Below are positions 9,700-20,171 of a stretch of DNA of 64,000 bases, in pieces. The translations under genes and the position numbers were made by a program. The stretch lies in contig JAUQQQ010000001.1 of assembly GCA_030549815.1 (NCBI GenBank), positions 90,873 through 154,872 on the forward strand, given 5' to 3'. The stretch is from a bacterium. GTDB taxonomy: Bacteria > DRYD01. Under the pieces are notes generated by a model. It was not told the DNA's origin. It searched no databases and saw only the letters and a program-made list of their open reading frames with translations. The first letter of the stretch is position 1. Each line of letters opens with the position of its first letter.

Positions 9700-9912
9700 T
9701 CATTATCACCTCCAATATATATATATAACACATTTTTTCAAAAAGTCAAGTGGAGTAATTGTTAAAAAAATGTTAAAATTGCCTTAAAATTGTTAAAAAT
9801 GTTATAAAAGTTTCATATTTTAATCAGGAGCGATCTAAAGAAAGAAGGGTAAACAAAAAGGATAAAGAAGTATAAAAATAGAGTATTAAACTTTAAAACA
9901 TAAGGAACATTT

Positions 9913-11763
9913 ATGTCAAAAACAAATCTTCCAAAGGGATTTTCTTCTCCAGATGAAATAAAAACAATCATAGCCACCGATTGTGGTTCAACTACTACCA
10001 AAGCAATATTAATCGAAAAACAACCAAATGGAGAATACCGATTAACAACCAGAGGAGAAGCACCTACTACAGTTGAAGCTCCATTAGAAGACGTAACAAT
10101 AGGAGTATTAAACGCTTTCAGAGAAGTACAAGAATTAAGAAACAAGAAAATTTTAACAGATGATTACAAAAATTTAATAAAGCCGGATAATGGTAAAGAA
10201 GGGGTTGATATATACGTTTCTACATCGTCAGCAGGTGGCGGTTTACAAATGGTCGTTGCAGGAGTCGTCAAAGAAATGTCTGCAGAAAGTGCCCAAAGAG
10301 CAGCATTAGGTGGAGGAGCAATCGTCCTCGATACCTTCGCAGTTAATGATGGTAGAAAACCATTCGAAAGAATAGAAAAAATAAGAGAACTTAGACCAGA
10401 TATTATCTTACTAAGTGGAGGAACAGATGGTGGCACAGTTAAACACGTTGTTGAAATGGCTCAATTAATAGCAGCAGCAAAACCTCAACCAAGACTAGGC
10501 CTAACCTACCAACTACCCGTCATTTTCGCAGGAAATAAAAAAGCAACAGACGAAGTATCAAGAATACTATCGAAAGTCGTTGAACTTAGGATAACAGAAA
10601 ACTTACGGCCTACCTTAGATGAGGAAAACCTTCAACCCACAAGGTTAATAATCCAAGATTTATTCTTAGAGCACGTAATGGCACAAGCACCAGGATATAA
10701 AAAACTAATGGAAATGGTAGATGTAGAAATAATGCCAACTCCAGCAGCAGTAGGACTTATAATGCAAAAAATATCACGAAAAAACAATATAAACTTAGTT
10801 GGAGTAGATATAGGAGGGGCAACCACAGACGTTTTCTCCGTAATTAAACAAGACGAAGAATGGGTATTCAATAGGAGCGTCAGCGCAAACTACGGAATGA
10901 GTTATTCAATAGCACAAGTCCTCAAAGACGCAGGAATAGAAAACGTATTACGATGGATACCATTTAACACAAATATCGTCCAACTAAGGAATGCCATAAA
11001 AAACAAAATGATAAGGCCAACAACAATACCCTACTTACTTAAGGATTTAATGATAGAACAAGCAATATGTCGAGAAGCCCTGCGACTATCTTTTGATCAA
11101 CACAAATTACTCGCTGTCGGATTAAAAGGAAAACAAAAAGAAAGGAGTATTTCTGACGCCTTTAGTCAAACAGAAAGTGGAGAAACAATAATAGATATGT
11201 TTGAATTAGATATGATAGTTGGAAGTGGAGGAGTTTTATCACATGCACCAAGACGAAATCAAAGCGCAATGATGATGATAGACGCATTCGAACCTTATGG
11301 ATTTACATTATTAACAGTCGATAGCATATTTATGATGCCACATTTAGGAGTGTTATCAACAGTTCATGAAAAAGCAGCAACCGAAGTATTCGAAAAAGAT
11401 TGTTTAGTATACTTAGGCACATGTATAGCACCAGTCGGAAAAGAAAAAGATGGCATAAAAATAATGGAAGCAGAAGTTATTGATCTCGATACAAATCAAA
11501 AATACGATGTCGAATTATTAGCAGGGGAAATAAAAGTAGTACCAATAAGAGGAAATGCAAAGATAAATATAAAATACTTGCATAAAAAATTTAAACTATC
11601 AAAAGAAGGAAAAGTAGAATCAAAAGAGGTAAGGGGCGGAGTTGTAGGGTTGATATTTGACGGAAGAGGAAGACCCTTAGAATTACCTAAAAATGACTCC
11701 GAAAGAAAAGAAAAATTAAATCAATGGTTCAAAAGTATAAACATGTATCCAGAAAATAAATAG
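9913..11763 (+). CDS. ASKHA (actin-like ATPase) superfamily protein, hydantoinase/oxoprolinase-like or GlmL/MutL-like
   Basis: Two phosphate-binding motifs are present, DCGSTTTKAIL near the N-terminus and VGVDIGGATTDVF near residue 298, with a Gly-rich adenosine motif near the C-terminus. Confidence 0.4.
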   Translation: MSKTNLPKGFSSPDEIKTIIATDCGSTTTKAILIEKQPNGEYRLTTRGEAPTTVEAPLEDVTIGVLNAFREVQELRNKKILTDDYKNLIKPDNGKEGVDIYVSTSSAGGGLQMVVAGVVKEMSAESAQRAALGGGAIVLDTFAVNDGRKPFERIEKIRELRPDIILLSGGTDGGTVKHVVEMAQLIAAAKPQPRLGLTYQLPVIFAGNKKATDEVSRILSKVVELRITENLRPTLDEENLQPTRLIIQDLFLEHVMAQAPGYKKLMEMVDVEIMPTPAAVGLIMQKISRKNNINLVGVDIGGATTDVFSVIKQDEEWVFNRSVSANYGMSYSIAQVLKDAGIENVLRWIPFNTNIVQLRNAIKNKMIRPTTIPYLLKDLMIEQAICREALRLSFDQHKLLAVGLKGKQKERSISDAFSQTESGETIIDMFELDMIVGSGGVLSHAPRRNQSAMMMIDAFEPYGFTLLTVDSIFMMPHLGVLSTVHEKAATEVFEKDCLVYLGTCIAPVGKEKDGIKIMEAEVIDLDTNQKYDVELLAGEIKVVPIRGNAKINIKYLHKKFKLSKEGKVESKEVRGGVVGLIFDGRGRPLELPKNDSERKEKLNQWFKSINMYPENK

Positions 11764-11777
11764 TGTCGAGGTGTAAA

Positions 11778-13364
11778 ATGAATAGAAGAAAAAATCAAAT
11801 CATCGATTCTTTACAAAATCAGGAAATCCCTCAAGCTATTGAAATTAAAGAATCGAATAAAATTGAATTGATTATTAGGGAATCAATGGAATTGCAAAAA
11901 GAAAGGGAAGTTCCTGAGTTAGAATTTTTTGGGGTCTGGGATTATTCTAAAGCACCTGAAGATAAATCATTTATTAAAATAAAAGAAAGCTACGATCTTT
12001 TTATTGGTGGTAATTTTGTAAAACCATCTTCAAATAGATACTTTCCCACAATTAATCCTGCAAACGAAGAAGTTTTAACTCATGTGGCTTATGCGACAGA
12101 AGAAGATATTAATAAAGCCGTAGAAGCTGCAAAAACAGCATATGAAAAATATTGGTCCAAAATGAAACCTAAAGACAGAGCAAAATATATATACAAAATC
12201 GCAAGAATAATCCAAGAAAGATCAAGGGAATTGGCAATAATAGAAACCTTAGATAATGGGAAACCGATAAAAGAGACAAGAGATTTCGATATACCTCAAG
12301 CTGCACAACATTTTTTCTATTATGCAGGATGGGCAGATAAATTGGAATACGCTTTCGTAAATAGGAAAGCAAGACCGATAGGAGTAGTCGGACAAATAAT
12401 CCCGTGGAATTTTCCTTTATTAATGGCAGCGTGGAAAATAGCACCTGCCTTAGCTTGCGGTAATACTGTTGTTTTAAAACCTGCTGAAACCACTCCCCTA
12501 TCCGCACTATTCTTAGCAGAAATAATCCAAGAATCAGGGTTACCCGATGGAGTCGTGAATATAGTAACAGGTGATGGATACACAGGATCACTAATAGTTC
12601 AACATCCAGATATAAAGAAAATAGCATTTACAGGCTCTACAGAAGTAGGTAAAATAATCTTGAAAACTGCAAAAAATAAAAAAGTCACGTTAGAGTTAGG
12701 GGGGAAAGGACCACATATAATCCTTGAGGATGCACCAATAGATCAGGCCGTTGAAGCAATAATTAGAGGAATTTACTTCAATCAAGGACATGTCTGCTGC
12801 GCAGGATCACGATTGCTAGTTCAAGAATCCATCGTAGAAACAATCATAAAAAAATTAAAGGACAGGATGAAAACAATAAGAATAGGAGATCCCTTAGATA
12901 AAAATACCGATATGGGAGCAATAAACTCCTCAATGCAACTTGAGAAAATCAAACAATATGTTGAAATAGGATTAAAAGAGGGTTGCGAATTTTACCAAAA
13001 GAAATGCAACTTACCTTCTAAAGGATACTGGTTTGCTCCATCTTTCTTTACAAATGTAACACAATCTTGCACGATAGCAAAAGATGAAATATTTGGACCG
13101 GTATTAGCGATAATGACTTTCAGGACTCCTGAAGAAGCAATAGAAAGGGCAAATAATACATTTTATGGGTTATCTGCAGGGATATGGACAAATAATCCTG
13201 CAAGATTATTAGAAATGTCAAAACAAATAAGAGCAGGAGTTATATGGGCAAACACGTATAACCAATTTGACCCTGCATCTCCATTTGGAGGATACAAGGA
13301 AAGTGGATTTGGTAGAGAAGGCGGATGGCACGGACTGTTACCATACGTAGAACTCGAGGAGTGA
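11778..13364 (+). CDS. Aldehyde dehydrogenase family protein
   Basis: ALDH signatures FTGSTEVGK, ELGGKGP (Glu active-site box) and FNQGHVCCAGSRLLV (Cys box). ATG 11778 has GAGGTG 5 nt upstream. Confidence 0.85.
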   Translation: MNRRKNQIIDSLQNQEIPQAIEIKESNKIELIIRESMELQKEREVPELEFFGVWDYSKAPEDKSFIKIKESYDLFIGGNFVKPSSNRYFPTINPANEEVLTHVAYATEEDINKAVEAAKTAYEKYWSKMKPKDRAKYIYKIARIIQERSRELAIIETLDNGKPIKETRDFDIPQAAQHFFYYAGWADKLEYAFVNRKARPIGVVGQIIPWNFPLLMAAWKIAPALACGNTVVLKPAETTPLSALFLAEIIQESGLPDGVVNIVTGDGYTGSLIVQHPDIKKIAFTGSTEVGKIILKTAKNKKVTLELGGKGPHIILEDAPIDQAVEAIIRGIYFNQGHVCCAGSRLLVQESIVETIIKKLKDRMKTIRIGDPLDKNTDMGAINSSMQLEKIKQYVEIGLKEGCEFYQKKCNLPSKGYWFAPSFFTNVTQSCTIAKDEIFGPVLAIMTFRTPEEAIERANNTFYGLSAGIWTNNPARLLEMSKQIRAGVIWANTYNQFDPASPFGGYKESGFGREGGWHGLLPYVELEE

Positions 13365-13370
13365 TATAAA

Positions 13371-14210
13371 ATGACTAAAATACAAACTTCAAGCATAAAA
13401 GTTTATTCCTCATCAGCCGAAGCTACACTACTAACACAAATATTTGACAACATAGAATTAATAATAACAGAAACAAAAAATAACATTTTCACGATATCTG
13501 AAGAAAAATTGAACAAATTAAAATTAAACCCCAATAAATACCCATTTTGTGTTAACGAAAGTCTTTTCCTCTGGGACACTAAAATAATTATCAATCAAAG
13601 AAACAAAAGGATCTTTATTATAACTGAAAATGACCTTCTGCAAGAGTTTTCAAATTACAAAAAAACAGAAAATATTCCCCCACTTGAAGATTTAGCAAAA
13701 TCTGAAAATTTTAATATCATTTTTAATGAATACAAAAACAATTATCAAACAGTATTACAAAGAGTTAAATTGCAGAGTTTTATAAGAGAAAGTTTTATTG
13801 ATCATATTGTAGGGAAAAATTTCAGAGGCTCTGTTATAAACTTTAATAATACAATGTGGGTATATGTTTATTCGATTAAACAAAAAATAGAAGCAGAAGA
13901 GATAATAGATTATTATCAAGATCTTTTCAATGTAAATCAAAATATTATTTTAAAAGAAGAGGAGAACATTACGTTATTTGATTTTGCTGAATTTGTGCCA
14001 ACTACTGAAAACATTTCATTTCTTGGATATCAAAACGGTATTTATAACCCTTATAAATTTACAGAACTCGATTTTAGGATAGAGTTTTATGAAGGTATAA
14101 AGGAGAATTTGGTTTACGCTCCTTATAAATTGTTAGAAATCAAAGAAAAATTTGTTTTTGATTTATTTAAAATAGAGAAAGAAATTTCTAAGATTTCAAG
14201 AATAATATAA
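13371..14210 (+). CDS. Hypothetical protein
   Basis: Long ORF tightly spaced with neighbours. No recognisable motif. Confidence 0.5.
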   Translation: MTKIQTSSIKVYSSSAEATLLTQIFDNIELIITETKNNIFTISEEKLNKLKLNPNKYPFCVNESLFLWDTKIIINQRNKRIFIITENDLLQEFSNYKKTENIPPLEDLAKSENFNIIFNEYKNNYQTVLQRVKLQSFIRESFIDHIVGKNFRGSVINFNNTMWVYVYSIKQKIEAEEIIDYYQDLFNVNQNIILKEEENITLFDFAEFVPTTENISFLGYQNGIYNPYKFTELDFRIEFYEGIKENLVYAPYKLLEIKEKFVFDLFKIEKEISKISRII

Positions 14211-14218
14211 ACACACGA

Positions 14219-15616
14219 ATGATCCTATATTTAGAGAAGTTAAAGGAAGTAAAGATACCGCCAGATAATTCAGTTTTATTAATAAATTTAGCAGGTAATC
14301 CTGATGAAAATTCGATTACATCCCATCAACCCATCATTTTTACACCAGGTGTTCTTTCAAAGTTTTTATTTAATGAAAACTTAAAGGATGGTCATTTATC
14401 AAAGACAATAGTTTATAATGATTCAGATAAAGCGGAATTCAAAATTTTTTCAAGTATGCTTTCTTTATTTCCCAAGACCCTTGAAAACCTTAATACAGAA
14501 GATATAGAACAGCTAAAAGGATTTATTAGAGAATGTTATGAGAAATATTCAGAGTTTCTGAGTCAAAAAAATAAAGAAAACTATTTGAAATTTTTGGATA
14601 TAATAAACCGTAAAAAATTTGGTGATTTTTCTAATTTTTCTGAATTTTGGCACTCGATATTATCTGAATACCTTGAATCTTTTGGATACAAAGTGAATTT
14701 TACAGTAAATTATGTTTCCCAAATATCGGAAACACCAGAATTCAAAGATTTCTTCGATTTTATTTGCAGTAATTATGAATCTTTTTTTGAGTTATACAAC
14801 GAAGGAGTGGAAATATTTAGAAAAAACATAGGATTTTATCCAATAAAAAAACTTGAAAAAGGTGAATTACCATTTTGGGGCATAAATAAAAATGAAAGAA
14901 AAACGATGCATTTAGATAATATTTCAAAAGATTTTCAAATAAGACCTAAGGCAGTTGCTTGGGCAATATATAGAAGATACTTTTTATATAACCAAAAAAC
15001 CGATATATTAGGTATAGGAAGCACTTACTACAACTTTGTTTGCGACTACGTTGCAACAAATCTACTCAAATTACCCATCCCTAAAACAACAGTAATAAGC
15101 ATAACAATACCATTAAATAAAACCACAAATATGGAAGAAGATAACATAAAAACCAAAATAGAAAAACTTGATAAAATAAAAAGTATCCTTAATGCTTTTA
15201 AATATTCTATCTACCAAAATCCTGAAAGATTAAATAAAATAATCAATAATCTACTAAAAGAAGCAGAAGAAAAAATAACATTGATAAATCTTCAAGATCT
15301 TAAAAAATTAACAAACAAGATTGACCTAATAATAGATAAAAATTTGGTAAAACAAAAAGAAAAATTATTAGAACAGATAAACGATAAAAATAACCGAAAA
15401 ATAAAGAAAGAATTGACTCAAAAAATAAATCAAATAAATCAGCAAATTATTGAACCTATAAAAGAATACCTTGAAGAACTAAACAGAAATGTAGAAATAA
15501 TTGAATTGCACGTAGAGAAATTAATAGAAAATTACAAAGAAGTGGATACAAGAGATTATCCTTATTTTCTTATATCTCCTCAAGAAATACTTGATAAGAT
15601 CTACCAAAAAACATGA
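14219..15616 (+). CDS. Hypothetical protein with C-terminal coiled-coil-like region
   Basis: 465-aa ORF whose stop overlaps the next gene's start (ATGA). The C-terminal third is K/E-rich with heptad-like periodicity. Confidence 0.5.
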   Translation: MILYLEKLKEVKIPPDNSVLLINLAGNPDENSITSHQPIIFTPGVLSKFLFNENLKDGHLSKTIVYNDSDKAEFKIFSSMLSLFPKTLENLNTEDIEQLKGFIRECYEKYSEFLSQKNKENYLKFLDIINRKKFGDFSNFSEFWHSILSEYLESFGYKVNFTVNYVSQISETPEFKDFFDFICSNYESFFELYNEGVEIFRKNIGFYPIKKLEKGELPFWGINKNERKTMHLDNISKDFQIRPKAVAWAIYRRYFLYNQKTDILGIGSTYYNFVCDYVATNLLKLPIPKTTVISITIPLNKTTNMEEDNIKTKIEKLDKIKSILNAFKYSIYQNPERLNKIINNLLKEAEEKITLINLQDLKKLTNKIDLIIDKNLVKQKEKLLEQINDKNNRKIKKELTQKINQINQQIIEPIKEYLEELNRNVEIIELHVEKLIENYKEVDTRDYPYFLISPQEILDKIYQKT

Positions 15617-17577
15617 GAGATAAAAGGAAGATAAAAATAGAGGATTTACTATTAATAAAGGAAGTAGGTAATATTTCAATAAGCCCAGATGGTAGAAAAT
15701 GTGTATTTACAGTAAAATCAATCAACAAAGAAAAAAATAAATATTTTTCACACTTGCACATACTTGACTTAAACACGAGAGAATATTTTCAATTTACATA
15801 TGGAGAAGTTTTCGACTCTTTTCCCAAATGGTCAAAAGATGGGAAAAATATTTTTTTTATTAGAAATAAGGAAAACGATATACAAATATGGAAAATAAGA
15901 GTAGATGGAGGAGAAGCACAACAAATAACAAATTTACCCGAAGGTAAAATCGGAGAATTCGACGTTCTTGATAAAATAGTTTTCACTTTTAGACCTAAAG
16001 GAAACGAATGGACTAAAGAAGCAGTAGAAGAAAGAAAAAAAACAGGAAAATCAGATCCACCAAGAATAATAACAAAAATATACTACAAATTAGATGGATA
16101 CGGCTTTTTGGATAACTACCAAAAGTTATGGATAGCAGAAGAAAATGGCAACACTTATCAATTAACAGATGGGGAATACGATGATTATTCACCTGTATTC
16201 ATAGAAAACGGAAATAAAGTTGCATTCTTTTCAAACAGAAGTAATGACCCAGAAAATACTCCTTATCTCGTCGATTTATGGACCATATCAATAGAAGATA
16301 AAAAACTTGAAAAGATAAATACATTTCCTGGGTATAAACACCAACTGTCCTCTTTTAAAGATAAGTTAATATTCGTTGGGTATGAAAGTGAAGAAGATCC
16401 TTGGATACCAAAAAATAACAAATTATGGATGATAGATTTAAGCAATAATAAAATCGAATGTTTGACGAAAAATTTAGATAGGAATGTCGGTAATGTAACT
16501 CTTTCAGATACACGAGAAATAAATGATACTCCTAAATTTAGCAAAGACGGGAAAGAAATATACTTTTTGGTAAGCGATAAAGGTAACTGTCACATTTACA
16601 AATGTAATGTAGAAAATAAAGAAATTTTGCAAGTGACAAAAGGAAGTATCGATATAAGTAGTTTCGACGTAGGTAAAGAATTCTTAGTTTTAAGCATAAA
16701 CACTCCTACTTATCCAACCGAAATATACATTGATAAACTAGAGGAATTTAATTCTTTAGAGAAAATAACAAGTTTCAACAAGTGGATAGAAGAAATTGAT
16801 TTAAGTTATCCTGAAGAGGTATGGTATGATAGTTTTGATGGAGAAAGAATACAGGGGTGGATTTTAAAACCACCTGACTTTGAGGAAACAAAGAAATATC
16901 CTCTTCTTCTTTACATTCATGGGGGGCCACACGCTCAATATGGAAACACTTTCTTTCATGAATTCCATGTTCATAGCGCCAATGGATTTGTAGTTTTTTA
17001 CACCAATCCACGAGGAAGTGAAGGTAGAGAAGAAAAATTTGCATCCATTATCAGAGGAGATTGGGGAAATATAGATTACAAGGATATAATGAGTGGGGTA
17101 GAATTCATCATAAGTAAAGATTTTATAGATAGGGAAAGATTGGTAGTAGCAGGTGGTAGCTACGGAGGATATATGACGAATTGGATTATTGGAAAAACAA
17201 ATATCTTCAAGAGAGCAGTAACGGATAGAAGCGTTGTAGATTTAGTTAGTATGGCATCAACAACAGATTTTCCATTTATGGAAGATGGATATTGGGAAGG
17301 CAATTTTTGGGATAATACAGAGAAACTCGTTTTGCAATCCCCACTTTATTATGCAAGAAATATTGTTACTCCGCTTCTTATAATTCACAGTGAAGGAGAT
17401 TTGAGATGTCCTATTTCACAAGCAGAACAATTATATATAACACTAAAGAGGTTAAAGAAAGAGGTAGTTTTTGTAAGATACCCTGCAAGTACAAGTCATG
17501 GAATGAGTAGGAACGGCCCACCAGATTTAAGAATTGATAGATTACAAAGAATAGTAGAATGGATCAGCAAAGTTTAG
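15613..17577 (+). CDS. S9 family serine peptidase (prolyl oligopeptidase/acylaminoacyl-peptidase type) with N-terminal beta-propeller
   Basis: GGSYGGYMT is the nucleophile elbow GxSxGG. The N-terminal half is TolB/WD-like repeats, with C-terminal Asp/His regions (DLRCP, STSHG). Confidence 0.85.
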   Translation: MRDKRKIKIEDLLLIKEVGNISISPDGRKCVFTVKSINKEKNKYFSHLHILDLNTREYFQFTYGEVFDSFPKWSKDGKNIFFIRNKENDIQIWKIRVDGGEAQQITNLPEGKIGEFDVLDKIVFTFRPKGNEWTKEAVEERKKTGKSDPPRIITKIYYKLDGYGFLDNYQKLWIAEENGNTYQLTDGEYDDYSPVFIENGNKVAFFSNRSNDPENTPYLVDLWTISIEDKKLEKINTFPGYKHQLSSFKDKLIFVGYESEEDPWIPKNNKLWMIDLSNNKIECLTKNLDRNVGNVTLSDTREINDTPKFSKDGKEIYFLVSDKGNCHIYKCNVENKEILQVTKGSIDISSFDVGKEFLVLSINTPTYPTEIYIDKLEEFNSLEKITSFNKWIEEIDLSYPEEVWYDSFDGERIQGWILKPPDFEETKKYPLLLYIHGGPHAQYGNTFFHEFHVHSANGFVVFYTNPRGSEGREEKFASIIRGDWGNIDYKDIMSGVEFIISKDFIDRERLVVAGGSYGGYMTNWIIGKTNIFKRAVTDRSVVDLVSMASTTDFPFMEDGYWEGNFWDNTEKLVLQSPLYYARNIVTPLLIIHSEGDLRCPISQAEQLYITLKRLKKEVVFVRYPASTSHGMSRNGPPDLRIDRLQRIVEWISKV

Positions 17578-19094
17578 AAAATAAAAGTTTTCTTCAAAAT
17601 AGAATAGTTATTATAATAATAGTAGCATCGTTTTTTCTTATTTTTCTATTATCAACTTACTTTCTTTTTCCCGAAAAACAATCAATAAAAATAGCAGAAT
17701 TAAAAGATGATTTAAGTGATAATTATTTAAACTACATAGATAAGCCATCATGGATGACAAGCCAAGCTTTGAAACTAATAATCCCTCCCTTAATAGATTA
17801 CCAATATGATTGCTATCCAACATCAAAATTATTGAAATCTATACCAACAAAAGATAACAAACAAATGTTTTTAGAGGATGGTAAAACAGTTATAATTTTT
17901 CCCAAAAGCAATTTCATCAACATAGATCCTAACAATATAATTCCAACCATTCAATTACTTAACATGGATAATATTTCTAATAAATGGGTGTATGTTAATT
18001 TAGTAGAAACCATAGACAAAATAGAGATGCTTAACAATGGAGATGTAAAAGTAAAATACAAAACATGTTATTCTTTACCTTATTTTCCATGCCCCGTAAT
18101 ATTTGATAATCCGGAAAAATTTCAGGATCAAATAGTAAATTACACATTTAAAGAAATAAAGAATTTTACGCAATTTCCCAAATACTCTGATTACGTTGTA
18201 AAAAAAGCAGAAACTAACAATTTTATTTTATCTAAAAATAACAAAGAAATTAGATTTATCACCTTTACAAATGTTGAAAAACTAAAAAAAGAAGTAAATA
18301 AATTTGATCTAATAAAGATACCTTCAAATTTGAAGGATTACTTTAGTAAAGGTTTAAGCACAGAATATCAAGTTATAACTTTACCAAACCGAGAAATTTT
18401 CTTCATCTTTTTCAATCCCAATTTATCTAAACAAGAAAGGGTTACGATTTATGAAAAATTGGTTAGTAAAATTTTGAAATATAGCTTGAAAGACTATCAA
18501 ATAAACAAGACATATATTTTGCCTTATCACTTCGCTTGCTTACAACAAGAAGATGAATCAAAGGATAAAGAAAATATAAATACTTCCAAAATAAACAGAA
18601 AAATCAAAGTTTTAATCGCATACAAAGATGAGAAAAGTAAGTTATTTTCAAATCTTCTGGAAGATATAATAACAAAGGACTTACAAGCAGAAGTATTAAA
18701 GGCAAATATAGAAAGGGATTTACCAAAGAAAGAGATATTTGGTGGTTTAATAGAGCCCCCAGAGCCTTCAATAAAAGATTCTGTAAATCCACTAAACTTC
18801 GATTTTATTATTACAAGTATAACTTTCCTACCTTATATGGATTATTACTCTGTTTATTCAAAAAACGGTAAATATAATGTTTACAGTGTTTCAAATAAAA
18901 AGATAGAGGAGCTAATTGATAATATCATGCAAGGTCTTTCATTTGAACAAAAAGATTTACTGATAGAGTTACAAAAAGAGCTAAATGATGAGTTTTTAAT
19001 AGTTCCGTTTGCCATAGATACCCAAAGTTTTATAATAAAAAAGGATAAGATGAATGTTTTAAAAATCAATAGTTTAGGTATCAATTTTGATTAG
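17559..19094 (+). CDS. Hypothetical membrane-anchored (N-terminal TM) extracytoplasmic protein
   Basis: N-terminal hydrophobic helix IVIIIIVASFFLIFLLSTYFLF. The rest is a 480-aa hydrophilic domain, possibly substrate-binding-like; family not assignable. Confidence 0.45.
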   Translation: MDQQSLENKSFLQNRIVIIIIVASFFLIFLLSTYFLFPEKQSIKIAELKDDLSDNYLNYIDKPSWMTSQALKLIIPPLIDYQYDCYPTSKLLKSIPTKDNKQMFLEDGKTVIIFPKSNFINIDPNNIIPTIQLLNMDNISNKWVYVNLVETIDKIEMLNNGDVKVKYKTCYSLPYFPCPVIFDNPEKFQDQIVNYTFKEIKNFTQFPKYSDYVVKKAETNNFILSKNNKEIRFITFTNVEKLKKEVNKFDLIKIPSNLKDYFSKGLSTEYQVITLPNREIFFIFFNPNLSKQERVTIYEKLVSKILKYSLKDYQINKTYILPYHFACLQQEDESKDKENINTSKINRKIKVLIAYKDEKSKLFSNLLEDIITKDLQAEVLKANIERDLPKKEIFGGLIEPPEPSIKDSVNPLNFDFIITSITFLPYMDYYSVYSKNGKYNVYSVSNKKIEELIDNIMQGLSFEQKDLLIELQKELNDEFLIVPFAIDTQSFIIKKDKMNVLKINSLGINFD

Positions 19095-19100
19095 GGTTTA

Positions 19101-20153
19101 ATGATTTACATTTGCCCAAGAGCTTCCAATTGCTTGCTAAAAATTGTAAAACAATTAGAAAAGTTTGAAAGAATTACAATATATTTTCCTGCAAATATCT
19201 GCTATACCTTCCCATTAAGTGTAATTTATTCAGAAGCAAAGATAAAATTTTATGATATAGATTTTGAAACGCTTTACCCTGATTTTAAAACAGTAGAAAA
19301 AGATAACAATTTTCCCATTTTTGTTTGTGTTATTCCTTATGGTGATTGGGATAAAGAGGAAGTAGAAAAAATTAGGGAAAAAATAAGGATGTTTTGGCAA
19401 GACAAAGTTTTCATATTATGGGATTGTGCATTAACATTTCCTACTTATGAAGTATTAGATTACGTTTTGGTGAATATTAAGGAGAGTGAAGGTTTTGTAT
19501 TTAGTTTTTCTTATGCTAAACCATTAGAGTTAGGTTTTGGCGCTGCTCTATTTACAAAAATGAAAATAGAACATAAATTTCCTTTTTGTATTAGTAAAGA
19601 TGAATCTTCCTTTTTGGTCAATAGAGTAGATAAAATTTTCAAAACTTATTTAAATTTACAAAAAGTTAGTCTCAAAAATCAATCTTTCCTGTGTTATAAT
19701 TCTGAACTACATAAAAATGATATTAATTACATAGATAAAATAGTTGAAAAAATTTTAAATAAAGAAGATTTTGAGGTAACACTTAGAAATGGGCAAAAAC
19801 TTACGTTCTTTGAAATAATGGAAAAAAAGAAAGCTAATAACAAATATTTCAGGGAAAATATAGGTTTATCAACAAAATCCAAAATAAAAATTTTAAGCAG
19901 AAGTGATCTTTGTTGGAGATTTAACATAAGAGTAGATGAGGGAGTAAGAGATAGGATAATTGAAAGAATATTTTTGAATGGTGCCTTTGCAAGCAGGCTT
20001 TTCCCCAATTTAACAAGATATTTAAAAACTTCTTCCAAATTTCCCAATACTTCCAAACATTGGAAACACGTAATAAACATTTTTAATAACCAAAATGAGG
20101 ATTACAATAAAAAAATAATAAAATCGATAGAAGAAATGAAGGAAATCTTATAA
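19101..20153 (+). CDS. Divergent DegT/DnrJ/EryC1-like (PLP-dependent sugar aminotransferase fold) protein
   Basis: YFPANICYTFPLSVIYSEAKIKFYDIDFETL parallels the DegT segment IVPSFTFVATA..GAKPVFVDID. IPYGDW matches the DegT HLYG(Q/N) position and SFSYAKPL the PLP-Lys position SF..TKNL. Confidence 0.4.
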   Translation: MIYICPRASNCLLKIVKQLEKFERITIYFPANICYTFPLSVIYSEAKIKFYDIDFETLYPDFKTVEKDNNFPIFVCVIPYGDWDKEEVEKIREKIRMFWQDKVFILWDCALTFPTYEVLDYVLVNIKESEGFVFSFSYAKPLELGFGAALFTKMKIEHKFPFCISKDESSFLVNRVDKIFKTYLNLQKVSLKNQSFLCYNSELHKNDINYIDKIVEKILNKEDFEVTLRNGQKLTFFEIMEKKKANNKYFRENIGLSTKSKIKILSRSDLCWRFNIRVDEGVRDRIIERIFLNGAFASRLFPNLTRYLKTSSKFPNTSKHWKHVINIFNNQNEDYNKKIIKSIEEMKEIL

Positions 20154-20171
20154 AAAATATTGAAATAAAAA

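Noticed and set aside
12169-12627. Minus-strand ORFs inside the aldehyde dehydrogenase gene
   Set aside because: They are embedded antisense to a motif-validated CDS.
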